From assembly GCA_977017575.1 (NCBI GenBank), contig CDRNVI010000061.1, positions 1 through 50,502 of the forward strand: DNA of 50,502 bases, written 5' to 3'. Every line of letters begins with the position of its first letter. Position 1 is the first letter of the stretch. Of this stretch, positions 47,212-50,502 are shown piece after piece. Source of the DNA: Paramoeba atlantica (lineage: Eukaryota > Protista > Discosea). The translations under genes were made by a program, and so were the position numbers. The notes under the pieces were generated by a model. It was not told where the DNA came from and did not search any database. It worked only from the letters and a program-made list of their open reading frames with translations.

Positions 47212-48034
47212 TTAGCATGGTTTTGCTTTCCTCATTTGCTCAATGAGATCTCCTTGTAGATTTTTGCATCTTGCTTTCATCCTCTCTAAGCGAGCGTTTC
47301 CTCTGAGGGGTTCTTCCCGTAAGTACTCATATGCAAACTGGGATCTCATTCTTGACGCATGTGTCTTCTGCACTCTTGCGCAGTTTTGTACCAACTTTTT
47401 CATTGGTTTTGGTCGATTTTCCTTTCGAACGGATGCGTTTCAATGTTTTTGATGAAGGGGTTCTACTAACAACTTCATTTTGAGAAAGAGCCTCAGATTT
47501 GGGGGGATGGGGTGTTTCCTCTTCAGCCCTCACCTGTGTAAACGCAAAAACTGGCAAAGTCCGTTTTTGTAACGATTTGATCTTTTTGTCTGTGTTCAGT
47601 GGGGTCATGTTTCGTCTTTTGGAGCAGGATTTTTCTTCCAAACCACGGAAACAAAAGGAGGCGTTTTCGTCAGACTGTTGAGAAGCTCTTTTCGCAAGCC
47701 AGTCCGATGTGTCATTATGTGGGTTCCCTTCATGCCCCCTAACCTTGATGATGAACACGCGTCGGTCAGCTTCTAATTGAAAGCAGACACGATGTATCTT
47801 TGATAAGAGGTCCGAATTTTCAAATTGGTGAAACCCGAATAGAGAAAAACTGTTCCGAATCACATGGAAAAATTCCCATACATACGCAGAGTCTGTGTGA
47901 ATGATAATATCCTTCTCATGCTTCATTGACATCTGCAGAGCCTCGTAGACAGCATAAAGTTCCGCAGCTGTTATTGTGAGTGATAATTCTGAGCCAAATA
48001 TGCACCCATGGTGAGCACGTAAAAATATTGCCAA
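47212..48034 (-). pseudogene. LINE-D RNase H fragment, unit 3
   Basis: Copy of 40037-40859. Confidence 0.85.
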
Positions 48035-48696
48035 AAAGTAGGACAGTTAGCAAAGGCGTTTGCTAAAGTACATAGATAGAAACGGAAACGAAACGCACAA
48101 GATCACAAGAACGCGTACAGTCCAACAACACAAAAAGGCTAAAAGACATTGAGTCAAAGCAACAGTTGCCTCATGTAGCACGTATTGTTATGAGTGATCG
48201 GGTTAAATTTAGAGCTCCGCAAAGAAAGAGGAGTAATCAGTTATACCAGGAGAATGATGAGCCAAGCCATGAAAGTCTGGACACAAAGGGGTCACGTCAA
48301 AAAACACTCAGTAAAAGAGAGAACTGCGTCAAAAAGACAGAAAAGCGTCAGGGGAAAGACGATAGATCGCGCACTAAGAACGTATTACGAACACCAAAGA
48401 AATGATACCCCCCTCATACCCCCCTTGATCGCATTTTCTGAACAGGTGAGGGATAGTGTGATAAGGTGATATGCTGTTGTTTCTCGTGAAAATATTTTTT
48501 ATTAGGTAAACCGTTTGTGCTGAAAATGAAAAGTCGATTTCATATCACAATTCTTTGACTAAGTACTGGAACGTCATTCACCTCGAATGATTAGGATACA
48601 TGGAAGTTGTTGCAAGATGTTTTTGAAAAGCTTCTGGTGAATATGTTAGTTTTGTGGACACCGCCAAAGTGTTTTATGGGTAGGAGAAATTTGTGA

Positions 48697-49762
48697 AGCT
48701 TTCAACTGGGACATATTTGGTTGGTTAGATCTGCTGACCCTCAACCGACGGAGGGCGACCTGTGTCTGTATATAAAGCATCTGAAGGAAGAGCGCAGCTA
48801 TGCACCCAAAACTATGTGGAGCGTATGCTCCATGATAGGTAAAGTTATCAGCGCTAAGTTTGATATCAGACCTCTAAAAGATTGGCCGAGGGTGGTCGAC
48901 CAGCTCGAGGGCTATGAAAAGAATGGAGATCCGATCAAAAAAACTGAAACATTCACCGCCCATCACATGGAAATCCTCTTCTCAGAAAATCGAGAAGATG
49001 ATGAGTGGGTTCGCAACATTGCCCTCGTTGCAGTGGATACTATGGAGGCCTCCGCATGGGTGAAGCACGAACTCCAACAACGAAGTGCATTTCAGAAGCA
49101 GACTCAGGGGAAATAAAGAGATTGTGGGTGAGTCTCTTTAGAGGAAAGCACAGATCTTCCACGACGCAGTCAAAGTTTCTTGTTCCGGGAGACGCGTTAC
49201 GAAAGTATCTATCTAGAATCACGATCGACAAAAAGTTTATGCCTCTGTTTCGTAACGTAATGTGGTTGAATAAAAAATCTGGTATCTCCAATGGATTAAA
49301 GAATGCGCCCATGGGGGCACAATCTATGAGAAGAATACCGAAGTTCATGGCTGCGCATCTTAACCTGGATGACGCGGAAAGCTTCACAGGACATGCGCTG
49401 CGACGCACAACAGCTTGCCATCTGACTGAAGGTGGTCGAACCGTAAGTGAGCTACAGGCATTCTTATATGGCAGATCTCTAAGACCGCCCAAGAGTACAT
49501 AGATTCCACTCGCCGCGCATCCGCAAAGGTAGCTGGGACACTTCAGGTTACCTCAGAAGACTCTAATACAGCACGAAGCATGCCTTACAACAAGGGTGAA
49601 GCGACGTATTCCATGACGAACACGTATAACATTGGAGCATCTTCCAGTGTCGCCATCGTTGTCCCGTCTTTCGATGCCCCAAAGAACCAAGTTAATCGTG
49701 AAGAAGCGTTGCCAACGGTTCCGAAATATGAAGATTCAACCGATGATGAATATGAGGAGTGA
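48697..49762 (+). pseudogene. Crypton-like tyrosine recombinase, unit 3 (extra frameshift)
   Basis: Shares the first frameshift and has a further 1-nt deletion at ~49466 that removes the in-frame W and Y. Confidence 0.82.
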
Positions 49763-50502
49763 AGGTGGTGTAAATGTAGCCTTATCCCCTTTAACAAAAG
49801 TGTGGGCGGAGGGAAAAGTAACCTGAGCGTGAAGAAAAGTTTCTGAAAAAAGCGTTGAAAAGCGGAAGAATATCAGGAAAATATCTTTTTACCATTTTTT
49901 TCGCCAAGTTGAACTTTTTTTCAATTTGTTTTGAAAAAATCCGAGTTTGGCGGACCCGTACTACGGATACGCGGGGTTGTCACCCCCGGGTAGGTGGTTG
50001 GAAAATACGCGCCAAGATCCCGGCTGCCCCTTCTGCGGTTTTTTTTCGAAAGAGATTTTTTTCAAAAAATATTTCGTGCGGTATGCCCCCCCCTCGGGAC
50101 CCCCCGCCACTCGCACACTGATAGTGCATAAAACTCGCACACTGATAATGCATAAAACTCGCACACTGATAATGCATATTGGCACACTGATAATGCATAT
50201 TAGCACACTTATAATGCATATAGGCGCACTGATAATGCATAAAAACTCGCACACTGATAATGCATAAAACTCGCACACTGATAATGCATATTTTGAGCAA
50301 GCCCTTCGAAAACAAATTGAGTCCTTCAAAAAAATTGGAGAAAGGCCCTAGAAAAAAAAATCTAGAAAAAAAGGCGGAAGCCAAGACCTTATTTACCCTT
50401 CTGCAAGATAACAACGTCTGACGTTAGTGGGAAGCTATTTGCGAAGCCCAACAATTCCACCATACCCAACCCGTGATAAGCCAAGACCTTGTTTACCCGT
50501 CT

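Larger units (their letters stand above)
31161..50502. repeat. ~7.2-kb tandem array: unit 1 31161-36479 (internally deleted), unit 2 36480-43654 (7175 bp), unit 3 43655 to beyond 50502
   Basis: ORFs recur at offsets of 7274 and 7175. Units 2 and 3 start at the junction ATCCGGAAT|AGTTTCTTTTC, and the homologous point in unit 1 is GGCTGT|AGTTTC. Confidence 0.95.

Overview
Eukaryotic-type transposable-element graveyard; I recognise no intact host gene, rRNA, functional tRNA or CRISPR array. (1) 1-19254 is a near-identical 3740-bp tandem array (5 full units plus a partial one). Each unit holds a tRNA-headed SINE, an 18-bp minisatellite, the 5' half of a LINE (short ORF1 plus an AP-endonuclease ORF with a stop), a truncated hairpin-ended non-autonomous element, a second hairpin-ended piece and the start of a restriction-like-endonuclease (RLE) retroelement fragment. 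(2) 19255-31160 is a nested mosaic: an RLE fragment, RT fragments, a LINE RT-RNase H hit by two SINEs (12- and 11-bp TSDs), a Merlin transposase hit by a SINE (10-bp TSD), and a minus-strand APE-RT-RNase H LINE split by a 950-bp Helitron2/Helentron-like element. (3) 31161-50502 is a ~7.2-kb tandem array (one internally deleted unit, one 7175-bp unit, one running off the window). It carries an inverted APE piece, a LINE RT-RNase H, a second RNase H fragment, a Crypton-like tyrosine recombinase pseudogene and minisatellites. The strongest leads are an RTE-like LINE family with an appended RNase H1-like domain, two SINE families with different tRNA heads but a shared core, and the asymmetric hairpin-ended element. 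All family assignments come from motifs read by eye; no database search or alignment was run.
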